A DNA stretch of 64,000 bases, from the NCBI GenBank assembly GCA_965207735.1, contig OZ242296.1, positions 5,184,001 through 5,248,000 on the forward strand, given 5' to 3'. The number at the start of each line of letters is the position of its first letter. Within the stretch, counting starts at the first letter, position 1. The DNA comes from Candidatus Versatilivorator sp. (GTDB lineage: Bacteria; Acidobacteriota; Terriglobia; Versatilivoradales; Versatilivoraceae). The notes below the pieces were generated by a model. That model had not been told where the DNA came from, ran no database searches, and saw nothing but the letters and a program-made list of their open reading frames with translations. The translations under genes and the position numbers were made by a program. Of this stretch, positions 10,364 to 19,601 are shown in pieces.

Positions 10364-10587
10364 GAAGTGGTCCCTCAAGCCCTCTCTCAGCTTCAAGATT
10401 ATCCAACCGGTTGGCAGAAGAACTTAATTTCCAAACTCAACCCTAGCGTGCGCTTAGGCGTTTTTACTCCCTTCCTCTCCGCAAAACGGAGCGGGCCTGA
10501 TCAAGAGAAACTGCTTTCCCTTTTCCCATGACATCAATACAAGAATATGGTATTTATGTTTTTTCAGTGACAATCTGTGAACAAACT

Positions 10588-11529
10588 ATGTCTCCGCTAC
10601 CGCCGCTCGAGTGTCTGCGCTTTTTCGATGCCGCCGCCCGGCACCAGAGCTTTGCCCGGGCTGCGGAAGAACTGCAGGTCACTCCCGCCGCCGTCGCCCA
10701 CCGCATCAAGACGCTTGAAAAACACCTCGGCCTCAGCCTGTTCGACCGCAATCGCCGTAGGGTCAGGCTGAACTCGCGGGGCAAGGCTTGTCTGGGGGAA
10801 GTGCAAGGCATACTCGCCGAGATCCGGGAGGTCATCGACCGCTACCGAAGCGGGTCACACATGCGGCGCCTGAGCGTCGTTGTGGTCGAGTCCGTCGCCG
10901 AGCGGTGGCTCATGCCGAAGATTGCAGACTTCAACGCTGCCCAGCCCGACATCGCCATCGAGCTGGAGACTGACCATCTCGGTGTTGACCCCAACCGGAA
11001 CGACTTCGACGTCTGGATCACCTACGACGGCGGGACCAAGGTGCCGAGCACGGAGGTGGCCCTCCAGGAGACGCTGTTCGAGGATTCGTTGGTTGCACTC
11101 TGCAGCCCGGTTCTTTTCGAGACCTACGGGCGCCCCCGCAACTTGGCGGATTTGTATGCGTGGCCCATGCTCTACCACCTGGGCTGGCCTTCGGACTGGG
11201 CGCAATGGTTCGCGGCCCAAGGTAGCCCCCCACCGGATCTGTCGCATGCATCGGGCTTCCGCCTGTGCAGTATGTTGATGCATGCGACTCTGAAGGGCAT
11301 GGGGGCGGCTGTTGGACGCCGGGCGACGGTTGTTCCCGAATTGGAACAGGGGACTCTGGTGCCGTTGTTCGACCAATACAACGAAGTGCCCACGCGGTGC
11401 CGTCTGATGACAACCGCCGCCGCGCGGCGCAAGCCGGAGGTCCAGGTATTTCGGGAATGGATCCTTGAAAGCGTCCCCGATCCTGTCACCAAGGTAACGC
11501 TTGCGGGAGCACCTCACCATGGGCACTGA
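10588..11529 (+). CDS. LysR-family regulator (GcvA-like)
   Basis: LPPLECLRFFDAAARHQSFARAAEELQVTPAAVAHRIKTLE HTH; C-terminal VFREWI. Confidence 0.92.
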   Translation: MSPLPPLECLRFFDAAARHQSFARAAEELQVTPAAVAHRIKTLEKHLGLSLFDRNRRRVRLNSRGKACLGEVQGILAEIREVIDRYRSGSHMRRLSVVVVESVAERWLMPKIADFNAAQPDIAIELETDHLGVDPNRNDFDVWITYDGGTKVPSTEVALQETLFEDSLVALCSPVLFETYGRPRNLADLYAWPMLYHLGWPSDWAQWFAAQGSPPPDLSHASGFRLCSMLMHATLKGMGAAVGRRATVVPELEQGTLVPLFDQYNEVPTRCRLMTTAAARRKPEVQVFREWILESVPDPVTKVTLAGAPHHGH

Positions 11530-11788
11530 GCATCGGTCCCGGTGGATGATGCGAAAGTCTGCCTCGGTCCTCCGGTTCTGTCTACATCAGCGACTGCAAT
11601 CGATTTCGCCCCATTCTGCTTGCCCCGAGCCCGTTGCCCACGCCGCTGACCAATAAATGCTCTTCCTCAATCGGAAGTCGGAGCGTGGGGTAGGTTACTC
11701 CGAGCCTCGTTACTACTCCCTGACGCCAGTTGCAGTTTCCTCTGCTCCAAGCAAATAGGCCAGCATCCTCACACTTGCGTGCTCACCG

Positions 11789-11935
11789 ATCCTCAAGCAG
11801 ATCGACTGGGAAACACCCCAGGAGGTGGATCTACACCTGACTATCGACAACTACGGCACGCACAAGCACGAGAAGGTGCAAGAGTGGTTGCGGTGGCGTC
11901 CCCGGTTCCACCTCCACTTCAGGCCGACCGGTTAA
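11789..11935 (+). pseudogene. IS630-family transposase fragment
   Basis: Manual translation ILKQIDWETPQEVDLHLTIDNYGTHKHEKVQEWLRWRPRFHLHFRPTG* matches the IS630 DNYxTHK...RFHLHFTPT segment; no start, premature stop. Confidence 0.8.
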
Positions 11936-12020
11936 ACGGAACGAGTTCCAACTCGCGAAAGGCCATGAATCTTGGTTGTTTCACTCTGGAATGATTCGCC
12001 TGGCAGGCTGGTGGTCCGGC
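11930..12020 (-). repeat. Degenerate left half of repeat family B
   Basis: CCAACTCGCGAAAGG...TTGTTTCACTCTGGAATGAT...GGCAGG aligns by eye with 28991-29082. Confidence 0.6.
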
Positions 12021-12024
12021 GCGA

Positions 12025-12969
12025 TCATTCCTCGGAGTCTCCGGTGAAGCTCCTGAAAAATCCGCGCCGGGAAAGCCTGGGGTTGGTCGGGCGGAAGGCC
12101 AATTTGTCCAGGCTGAATCCGTAGTTGAGCTTCTCCAGGTCGCTCAACAGTTCGTAGGCGGACGGGTATCGATCAGCCGGGTCGTTTTGCAGGAGGGCCC
12201 GCAACAGGCGGCTCCACCCCGGGGAGGCTTGGGGGCGTACGGCAGTCAGCCTGGGTAGCTCACGGTCCAGAATCTGCCGGTCCAGCGCGGCGGAATCCCC
12301 ACCTGCAAAGAGAAACTCCCCCAGAGAAAGTTCGTAGAGCACAGCACCCAGGGAAAAGAGGTCGCTCCTGGAATCGCCAGGTTTCCCCCGCACTTGCTCC
12401 GGCGCCCGGTAGCTGCGGTGTAGCAGCGGCGGCTGACCCGCCGGGAGGTCTTGTTTCCGCGACGCGGGTTCCCGCGGATCGTGCAGGACCAGGTTGGGTG
12501 GCAGGTAGGGCAGGACAGCGTCCAACAGCTTTACCTGATTGCCTTCCTGCAGGAGCAGGCTACGTGAAGTGAGGCGTCCGTGGACGAGGCCGTTCTCGTG
12601 CACTTCCAGCAATGCGCGGGCGGTTTGAATGGCTGTCTGAAGGGCCAGGTCGAAGTCGCAAGGCCCTGCGCTGATCATCTCGGCCAGCGTCTTCCCATGC
12701 ATAAACTCCATGGGAAGAATGTGATGACCTTCATGGGTCTCGATGGGAAACAGCCGCGCCAGGTTGGAGTGGTCCAAGGCGGCGTAGAGGGCCAGCTTCT
12801 GCAGGAATTGCGATTCGGCAGGGTCTTCCTGCCGGGGCAGCCGCTTCAGGAACAGCAGGGCGGCGGTTTCCCGCCGCTCGATGTGGGTTGCCTTGTAAAA
12901 GTAGCGCGTGTCCGCCAGCCGGTCTCTGGAGAGTATTCGGTAAGGGCCGATCTGCTTGCCGATGAGCAC
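12025..12969 (-). CDS. Hanks-type Ser/Thr protein kinase fold, probable pseudokinase
   Basis: LDHSNLA, MEFMHGKTL, YRAPEQ, SDLFSLGAVLYE, PADRYPSA retained; HRD, DFG and Gly-rich loop altered. Confidence 0.75.
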   Translation of the reverse strand: MLIGKQIGPYRILSRDRLADTRYFYKATHIERRETAALLFLKRLPRQEDPAESQFLQKLALYAALDHSNLARLFPIETHEGHHILPMEFMHGKTLAEMISAGPCDFDLALQTAIQTARALLEVHENGLVHGRLTSRSLLLQEGNQVKLLDAVLPYLPPNLVLHDPREPASRKQDLPAGQPPLLHRSYRAPEQVRGKPGDSRSDLFSLGAVLYELSLGEFLFAGGDSAALDRQILDRELPRLTAVRPQASPGWSRLLRALLQNDPADRYPSAYELLSDLEKLNYGFSLDKLAFRPTNPRLSRRGFFRSFTGDSEE

Positions 12970-12998
12970 GGGAACGTTCTCAGCGGGCTGGCTGCCAG

Positions 12999-13433
12999 CT
13001 AGAATGGGATATCGTCATCGCTTGTCCCGGAGTCGGCTGCGGGGGCGGGTTGGGCTGCGGGGGCAGGTTGGGCTGGCGGCGCCGCTTGTCCTTCCTCGGA
13101 GCGGCCGCCCAGCATGACCATGTTGTCGGCTCGGATTTCTGTGGTGTAGCGTTTGTTTCCCTCCCGGTCCTCCCAACTACGGGTCTGCAGGCGCCCCTCG
13201 ATGTAGACCAGCCTTCCCTTGCTGAGATACTGGCCGCAGATGTCCGCCAGCTTGCTCCAGGCGACGACCCTGTGCCACTCGGTTCGTTGCTGCCTTTCGC
13301 CGCTCTGGTCCTTCCAGGTCTCGTCGGTTGCGATGCGAAGGTTAGCAACCGCCGTGCCTCCCTGGGTGAATCTGACTTCGGGGTCCTGTCCCAGCCTGCC
13401 CACCAGAATCACCTTGTTGACTGAACCTGCCAT
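12999..13433 (-). CDS. ssb: Single-stranded DNA-binding protein
   Basis: [24 protein letters not shown]-terminal DDDIPF. Confidence 0.98.
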   Translation of the reverse strand: MAGSVNKVILVGRLGQDPEVRFTQGGTAVANLRIATDETWKDQSGERQQRTEWHRVVAWSKLADICGQYLSKGRLVYIEGRLQTRSWEDREGNKRYTTEIRADNMVMLGGRSEEGQAAPPAQPAPAAQPAPAADSGTSDDDIPF

Positions 13434-13484
13434 TCCATGCCTCCTTGTAAATTACGATGGGAGAATTGATTCGGGAGAATTTCT

Positions 13485-14321
13485 TTAACGGCGCGACGTC
13501 CTCCGCCGAGAGGCGCGGGTCGATACGCCCAGAGTCTTCAACCGATTCCTGGCGATCTCCGCCTCTCTGGAGGAAGGGTGCTTCTGAATGACCCAGCGGA
13601 GCTCCTTGACCCCGGCTTGCTGGTTTTCGAGCTCCAGGTAGCTGAACCCCTTTTTCAAGATCGCCGCCGGAACCTTGTCGCCTTTGGGATAGACCTGTAT
13701 CACCCGGTCGAAAGCATCCACGGCCTCGGCGAAATTCCGGACCCCGTAGTAGGTCTCGCCGATCCAGTAGAGCGCGTTGTCCGAGAGCTCGGTTTCCGGG
13801 TAGTTGTTGATGTATTCCTGAAAGCCCTCCCGGGCCAGGTCGTAGTTGCCCTTGAGGTAGTCGCCATGGGCGGAATTGTAGAGTGCCTCCGGGTCCAGGG
13901 AACCGCCCGCCCGCCGCGGGTTGTCCAGGGACTCGACCTGGGTCTTGGTTTCCGCCAACTGCATGGAGAGCTTGTTGATTCGGTCCATCACCATGTCGAT
14001 TCCGGTGTTGACCACCGAGAACTGGTTCTCCAGCGAATCGATCTTGGACCCGACGGCCGTCTCCGTCTGCTGGTTGGATGACTTCATGCTTTCAAGGACG
14101 ATCTGCATCCTGGCCGACTGGTCGAAGAGCTTCTCGACCAGGTCTTTCAAGACGGCGATGTCGGAGTCGAAACCCTTCTGCAACTCCCGCAGTTGCTGCT
14201 GCAGGATGGAAACGTCGGCTTGCAGCCGGATGATCTCCCTTTTTTGAGCCGAGGCCGGAAGCGTCACCATCAATAGAATCCCTAGGCTGGGCAACAGGGC
14301 GTGTCTAAGCAATTTGGTCAC
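13485..14321 (-). CDS. cpoB: Tol-Pal system protein CpoB/YbgF
   Basis: Signal peptide, coiled coil, TPR repeats (ALYWIGETYY, KVPAAILKKG); downstream of pal. Confidence 0.88.
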   Translation of the reverse strand: MTKLLRHALLPSLGILLMVTLPASAQKREIIRLQADVSILQQQLRELQKGFDSDIAVLKDLVEKLFDQSARMQIVLESMKSSNQQTETAVGSKIDSLENQFSVVNTGIDMVMDRINKLSMQLAETKTQVESLDNPRRAGGSLDPEALYNSAHGDYLKGNYDLAREGFQEYINNYPETELSDNALYWIGETYYGVRNFAEAVDAFDRVIQVYPKGDKVPAAILKKGFSYLELENQQAGVKELRWVIQKHPSSREAEIARNRLKTLGVSTRASRRRTSRR

Positions 14322-14459
14322 CTCGATATCTGGGGGTCCAAAGTGGTCGTTGCGTGAATCATAACAGCGGCCAATCGGCAGGGCAAGCTCGGGTTGAGCC
14401 GCGGAAGAGTCGGGAAACCATCCGGAAAAAGGGATGTTCTGCCTATTTCAATATCGGGT

Positions 14460-14482
14460 GCGGCCTGGTGAGAAATACGGGC
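14460..14482 (-). repeat. Solo IS1380/MITE terminal repeat
   Basis: Reverse complement GCCCGTATTTCTCACCAGGCCGC matches the MITE left end plus flanking G (1125-1147) at 22/23 nt. Confidence 0.7.
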
Positions 14483-14648
14483 CCATGCCTTTTTTGGCAC
14501 GACAGCAATGCTTCGGATCTTGGGAGTACTTGAGGAGAGAACCACCCGGCAAAAGGCGGGAGTCAACCACTGGGGGGAGAATGAAATGGATGCGACGGGC
14601 CGCCCCTTGGGAGATCCAGGGGCGGCCTCGCCGCGGGTACTACCGGCG

Positions 14649-15404
14649 TCAGCGACTCAGCACGAAATGGGCCCGGCGGTTCTTCTGCCAGCAGGCCTCG
14701 TCGGACTCCGTGCACTGGGGCCTCTCCTTGCCGTAGCTGATCGTCTTGACTCGAGAGCTGGAGATTCCCATGGAGGTGAGATGGCTGAGGGCGGAGTTGG
14801 CTCTGCGGTCGCCCAGACCCAGGTTGTACTCCTCGCTGCCCCGCTCGTCGCAATGGCCTTCAATGGTGAAGCGGACTTGCGGGTATTTCTTGAGGAATTC
14901 GGAGGCCGCCGCCAGGGTCGCGCGGGCGTCGCCCCTGATCTCCGACTTGTCGTAGTCGAAATAGATGTCCTTGACCTTCTTGGTGAACATCTCCTCAACC
15001 GTCGGTTGCCTCTTCTTGGGAGGCGGAGGCGGTGCAGGCGGCGCGGTGACCGTCACCCGGGCGCTTGCGGTAACGCTTCCCCCCTCTCCCTTGGCGGTCA
15101 GCGTATAGGTCGTGGATGAACTGGGAGAAACCGAGCGCGACCCGCTGGTGCTGACGTCACCGATCCCCTGGTTGATGGAGACGTTGGTGGCATTGGTGGT
15201 GCTCCAGGTCAGGGTAGACGACTTTCCCTTCTGGATGGTCGTCGGGTTGGCCGTCAGGGTTGCCGTCGGCTTGGGCGGCGGGGGAGGCGGCGGAGGCTCT
15301 TCCGGAGGCGCGACCGGCACCTGCTTTTTACAGCCGCCCGAGATTGCGATGAGGAGCGCGAACAGGCATAGGGCAGCCACGTTCAAGAACTTCCTGTTTT
15401 TCAT
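14649..15404 (-). CDS. pal: Peptidoglycan-associated lipoprotein with Ig/PKD-like insert
   Basis: Lipobox ISGGC; OmpA domain IYFDYDKS, IEGHCDERGSEEYNLGLGDRRA, SYGKERP, NRRAHF. Confidence 0.93.
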   Translation of the reverse strand: MKNRKFLNVAALCLFALLIAISGGCKKQVPVAPPEEPPPPPPPPKPTATLTANPTTIQKGKSSTLTWSTTNATNVSINQGIGDVSTSGSRSVSPSSSTTYTLTAKGEGGSVTASARVTVTAPPAPPPPPKKRQPTVEEMFTKKVKDIYFDYDKSEIRGDARATLAAASEFLKKYPQVRFTIEGHCDERGSEEYNLGLGDRRANSALSHLTSMGISSSRVKTISYGKERPQCTESDEACWQKNRRAHFVLSR

Positions 15405-15473
15405 AGTGTCCTTCCTCCGTTCGAAGATGGGTGTGAAGCGTATTTGTGTCCCGAACCTTTGATAGCGAGCCCT

Positions 15474-15501
15474 AGTCTATAAAAAATAAATCCAGTGTAA
15501 A
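15474..15501 (-). promoter_or_regulatory. Possible internal promoter for pal
   Basis: Minus strand TTTACA-16 bp-TAGACT in an AT-rich gap between tolB and pal. Confidence 0.4.
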
Positions 15502-15510
15502 ACAAAAAAA

Positions 15511-16848
15511 TCACTGCCGAAAGTAATTGGACCAGGCGGGAGAGGTGTTTTGGCCTCGACGGGTGAGTTGCTCCTTCTGGGTGCCGTCGGCCAGCATAAT
15601 GAAAATCTGCCGGCTCCCGAAACGGTTGGACTCGTAGGCAATGTGGCGGCTGTCGGGCGACCAGACCGGATGCTCGTTGTTGGCGCCGTCTCGAGTGAGC
15701 TGGCTAAACCGGCCGCTGACCACGTCCAGCAGGTAGATGTCGAATCGTCCCGTCCGCCGCCTCCTCCAGGAGAAAGCGATGTGCACGCCGTCCGGACTCC
15801 AGGAGGGACTCACGGCTTCGCCGCCTTCGTTGATCAGCCGGCGCAGGTTGGAGCCGTCCTCATCCATGATCCAGATCTGTGGGGAACCGCTGCGGCCGGA
15901 GACGAAGGCGATCTGCCTGCCCGACTTGGGATTCCATACGGGCGAGATGTCCACGCCGCGGGCACGTGTCAGCCGCCTGAGGCGGCGGCCACGGAGATCG
16001 GAAACGTATATTTCGGGGTCGCGGGTCTTGCTGGAGCTGAAAGCGATCCGTTCCCCGTCGGGGGCAAAGGCCGGAGTGGTGGTGAGCCCGCCGCGAAGGG
16101 AAAAGGGAATTAGCCTTTGATCGAAGACGGTTCGAAAGTACAGATCGGGGTTGCCTCGGTGGTAGGAGGTGTAGGCAATGCGTGAGTTGTCCATGGACCA
16201 GCGGGGGGTCAGGCTGATGGAACGGTGATTGGTGAGCGCCTTCTGCCCATAGCCGTCGTAGTCCATGGTGTAGATTTCCTTGTTGCCGTTGCGGTTCGAG
16301 ACAAAGGCAATCCGGGTGGAAGCGATCCCTCGAATCCCTCCTCCGATGCGGAGCACGATTTCGTCGGCCAAGCGGTGGGCCAGGGATCGGACGCCCTCTT
16401 CATCCGGATCCACCCGGTAGCGGTTTCCGATGATGGACTCCTGGGTGTTCACGTCGATCAAGCGTGCCTCGACCACGAACTGGCCCCGCTGCATATAGGA
16501 ATTGCCATAGACCAGGTTCTGGGCCTGAACGTCTTCGGCGGTCCATTCCTCGTAATTGACCTCGTAGGGCTGCGAAGGAAGTTTCAGGGGGTAAAAGCTC
16601 TTGGGCACCAGCTCGAACACGCCCGCCCGCCGCAGGTCGTTCCACAGCACGTCGTCGAACAGGCGGGTGTGCCCATCCAGCTCCGACTCGGAGCCGCGTC
16701 GCTGCATGTCGGCCACGGCCACGCGGGCCCTGACGCCCTCGGTCACCACCACACGGACCTGGCTGTCGGTCTCCTGGGCGGCGGCCGGCAATGGACCACT
16801 GAGGAATGTCATCGACAGCAGGCAGACAGGTGTGAGGAGTTTGGTCAT
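15511..16848 (-). CDS. tolB: Tol-Pal beta-propeller protein TolB
   Basis: AHRLADEI, TRIAFVS, repeated PxWSPDG/PD40 blades. Confidence 0.95.
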   Translation of the reverse strand: MTKLLTPVCLLSMTFLSGPLPAAAQETDSQVRVVVTEGVRARVAVADMQRRGSESELDGHTRLFDDVLWNDLRRAGVFELVPKSFYPLKLPSQPYEVNYEEWTAEDVQAQNLVYGNSYMQRGQFVVEARLIDVNTQESIIGNRYRVDPDEEGVRSLAHRLADEIVLRIGGGIRGIASTRIAFVSNRNGNKEIYTMDYDGYGQKALTNHRSISLTPRWSMDNSRIAYTSYHRGNPDLYFRTVFDQRLIPFSLRGGLTTTPAFAPDGERIAFSSSKTRDPEIYVSDLRGRRLRRLTRARGVDISPVWNPKSGRQIAFVSGRSGSPQIWIMDEDGSNLRRLINEGGEAVSPSWSPDGVHIAFSWRRRRTGRFDIYLLDVVSGRFSQLTRDGANNEHPVWSPDSRHIAYESNRFGSRQIFIMLADGTQKEQLTRRGQNTSPAWSNYFRQ

Positions 16849-16867
16849 GGGTTTTCGTTTTCTTCGG

Positions 16868-17671
16868 TTATCGGGAATGCTCGAACCAGAATTCAGCCAC
16901 CAACCGGGTCTCTCCCCCGGGAAGGGGAGGGAATCGGGAGGCCTTGATGGCTCTCAGTCCGGAACGGTCCAACGACGGGACCCCGCTGGATTGCTTGATG
17001 GTTTCCCCGGCAATGGAACCGTTCCGGCGGATGGTGAATTGAACCACCACCCGCTTGGCCGTGCGCACGTTGGGACTGACCAGGTTTTTCTGCCAGTTGC
17101 TACTGACGATGTCGCGAATCTGCCTCACGTACCAGCCATACTTCTTGCCGAAAAACCCGTCGCCCAACCCGATGCCACCGGACCCCATGCCGGTTTGAAA
17201 CTGGGAATAGGAGAGGTCGGGAGCGCCGCCCTCGCCAAAGGGAACTCTGTCGGAAGGAGGGATCTGGGCGACCTGTTTGGGAGCCCGCCGCCGGGGGCGC
17301 GGCCGCTTCCTGGCCCTGCGCTTCTTCTTGACCTCGAAGGCCTTGGGGTCGGGGACCTCCGGCTCGGCTTCAGCCGCCTTGGTCTCTTCGGTCTGACCGA
17401 GACCCTTGGATTCGGTGGCGATGTTGCTGGCGGTGGTCTGCTTGGGACGCGGCAGGTTCAGTCCACGAACGGTCGCCCCCTGCACCAGGCCGACCGAAAT
17501 GGATCCGCCACCGCCCTGACTGTCGCCCCAGGGGTCGGCGCTTGGGTTGAGGTAGGAGGGCAGGAGGAAAAAACTCACCCCCACCAGCAGATGGCTGACC
17601 ACTGACAGGTAGAGATATCCTCCCAGTCTTTCCTTCTGAATTTCAAAAATGGAGTGTCGTTGGACCGGCAT
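16868..17671 (-). CDS. TolA/TonB-family energy transducer
   Basis: N-terminal TM helix with SHLL motif; TonB_C-like end (FTIRRNGSI, SSG...LDRSGLRAI, FPPLP); between tolR and tolB. Confidence 0.8.
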   Translation of the reverse strand: MPVQRHSIFEIQKERLGGYLYLSVVSHLLVGVSFFLLPSYLNPSADPWGDSQGGGGSISVGLVQGATVRGLNLPRPKQTTASNIATESKGLGQTEETKAAEAEPEVPDPKAFEVKKKRRARKRPRPRRRAPKQVAQIPPSDRVPFGEGGAPDLSYSQFQTGMGSGGIGLGDGFFGKKYGWYVRQIRDIVSSNWQKNLVSPNVRTAKRVVVQFTIRRNGSIAGETIKQSSGVPSLDRSGLRAIKASRFPPLPGGETRLVAEFWFEHSR

Positions 17672-17680
17672 CGGAGATTG

Positions 17681-18109
17681 GCCCCCCCCGTCCCCGGCCA
17701 CGGGACGAATCATACAGGGTGAAACATAGGCGTATCAGACAAGTCCGGCCCCCGCCCTGGTGTGCGGATCATACATAGAGTGAAACAATCAGAAATCGAT
17801 CAACCCTTCGCGAACTTGGTACCCCGTCGCGGCAAACCTCAGCGCCTTAGTGCCCCTTCGTCGTTCTTCGTGTCCCTTCGTGGATAAGTCTTTTTCTTTT
17901 GTCTTTTTTCTTTTGTTTCAGGCAAGCCGCGCCCCTGCCCTGCCGTGCAGATCATACGAGAGTGAAACAATCAGAAATCGACCAATCCCTTCGCGACCTT
18001 GGTATCCCGTTACGGTTCACCTCAACGCCTTAGTGTCCCTTCGTCGTCCTTCGTGGCCCTTCGTGGATCACTCTTTTCCGTTTGTCTTTTTTCGGTTGTT
18101 TCAGACAAG
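17681..18109 (+). repeat. Repeat family B tandem array (one collapsed unit plus two 183-bp units)
   Basis: Units start at AAG 17741, 17924, 18107 (period 183); collapsed unit with TGAAACA-TAGG-CGTATCA at 17720-17737. Confidence 0.9.
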
Positions 18110-18147
18110 ACAAGTCACGCCGGCCGGCGTGGGCAAAAGGGTCGTGG

Positions 18148-18558
18148 CTACTGTTCCGGCTGGGTGACCACGTTGATATTCTTCACGCCGGCAAGTCTGG
18201 CTCGGTCCATGACCCGGGCGATGGTCCCGAACGGCACTTCCTCGTCGGCGCGCAAATAGATCATGGCGGTTTCCGGGTCCTTGATCCGGGCCTGCAGGCG
18301 AACTCCCAAATCGTTGATGTTGATGGGATCGGAGCCCACGAAGAGCCGCTGTTCCCGGTTGATGCTGACCACCAGCAGTTCCTTGGTCAATTCGCTGACC
18401 GTCTTGGTCTTGGGGACGCTGACCTCGATTCCGGACTGAATGATGGGCGCGGTCAGCATGAAGATGATGAGCAGGACCAGGACCACGTCCACCAGGGGAA
18501 CCACGTTGATCTCGGAAAGCGACGTCTGGGTTCTCCCTTGCGGGTTGGTGAATGCCAT
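18148..18558 (-). CDS. tolR: TolR/ExbD biopolymer transport protein
   Basis: SEINVVPLVDVVLVLLIIFMLTAP; YLRADEEVPFG. Confidence 0.92.
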   Translation of the reverse strand: MAFTNPQGRTQTSLSEINVVPLVDVVLVLLIIFMLTAPIIQSGIEVSVPKTKTVSELTKELLVVSINREQRLFVGSDPININDLGVRLQARIKDPETAMIYLRADEEVPFGTIARVMDRARLAGVKNINVVTQPEQ

Positions 18559-18628
18559 TGTTTCACCTTTCTGCCGCGCCTGGACGACGGACCTCGGGAG
18601 CGGGTAGCGGATCGTCCCGGCTGCCGGG

Positions 18629-19354
18629 TTACAGGAAGGTCCGCTCCATCAGATTCAGGAACTCCAGAGAGAAGTCGTCCATGGCGGAGCCGAACTCCTT
18701 GAGGTGGTGGACGAAATAGTTGTAGGCGATCACCGCCGGAATGGCTGCAAAAAGACCGGCCGCGGTCGCGATGAGAGCCTCCGAGATGCCGGGGGCTACG
18801 GCGCGGATGGTGGCCGCCCCCTCCATGCCCAGGCCGGCAAAGGCGTCGATGACGCCCAGCACCGTTCCGAACAGCCCGATAAAGGGGGCCACCGAGGCCG
18901 TGGTGGCCAACCAGCTCATATTGCGCTCCAGCTTGGTCAGTTGCACCGAGGAGGCTCGGGACAGCGCCCTTTGAATGACGTTGATGGTCTTGAGCGTTGG
19001 AGACGGGGCGGGGCGGCCACCGTCGGGTTGGCTCATCAACTGGGCTTCCAGTTCCTCGTAGCCGGCCAGAAAGACCTCGACCAGGGGAGTGTTCCTCAGG
19101 GATTCGCAAGCCGCGCTGATTTCGGAAAAGCGCTTACTCTTCCGAAAGATACGCAGAAAGGCTTCCGAGTCGGTGCGCAGCTTCCTTAAATAGAAGTATT
19201 TCTTGAAGGTGATCGCCCAGGAAAATATCGAGAAGAATACCAGGACCAGCAGGACGCCCTTGGCCAGGGGACCAGACTGAAGGATCAACTTCAACAAGTC
19301 CATCTCGGCTCCCTGCGCAAGCACAGGGAGCAGACCGCCCGGATCTATCGTCAA
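18629..19354 (-). CDS. tolQ: TolQ/ExbB proton channel
   Basis: LATTASVAPFIGLFGTVLG, VAPGISEALIATAAGLFAAIPAVIAYN; start may be ATG 19303. Confidence 0.93.
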   Translation of the reverse strand: MTIDPGGLLPVLAQGAEMDLLKLILQSGPLAKGVLLVLVFFSIFSWAITFKKYFYLRKLRTDSEAFLRIFRKSKRFSEISAACESLRNTPLVEVFLAGYEELEAQLMSQPDGGRPAPSPTLKTINVIQRALSRASSVQLTKLERNMSWLATTASVAPFIGLFGTVLGVIDAFAGLGMEGAATIRAVAPGISEALIATAAGLFAAIPAVIAYNYFVHHLKEFGSAMDDFSLEFLNLMERTFL

Positions 19355-19601
19355 ACAAGTCCCCCAGCGTTTTCCTGGACAGCCGGAATGAACTTCGTCC
19401 CAACCGTGTTGTGGCGGAAGTTACCATAGACCTCTCAGGGTCGTCAACCGTGCTCCGGACCCAAATCGAGGACCGCCAGGACGGTGATTTCATGGGTTTG
19501 ATGACGGGGCCGCCGGATCGGTCTCCGCCTTGTGAGTTCTATGGTACACTCAGCCCTCCTCAAGCCGATTCCACGATTTCAGACCGGCTCCCGTCCGCCT
19601 T

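Noticed and set aside
15040-15270. Ig/PKD-like insert in Pal as a novelty
   Set aside because: As I recall, this architecture is common in acidobacterial Pal proteins, so it is kept as annotation only
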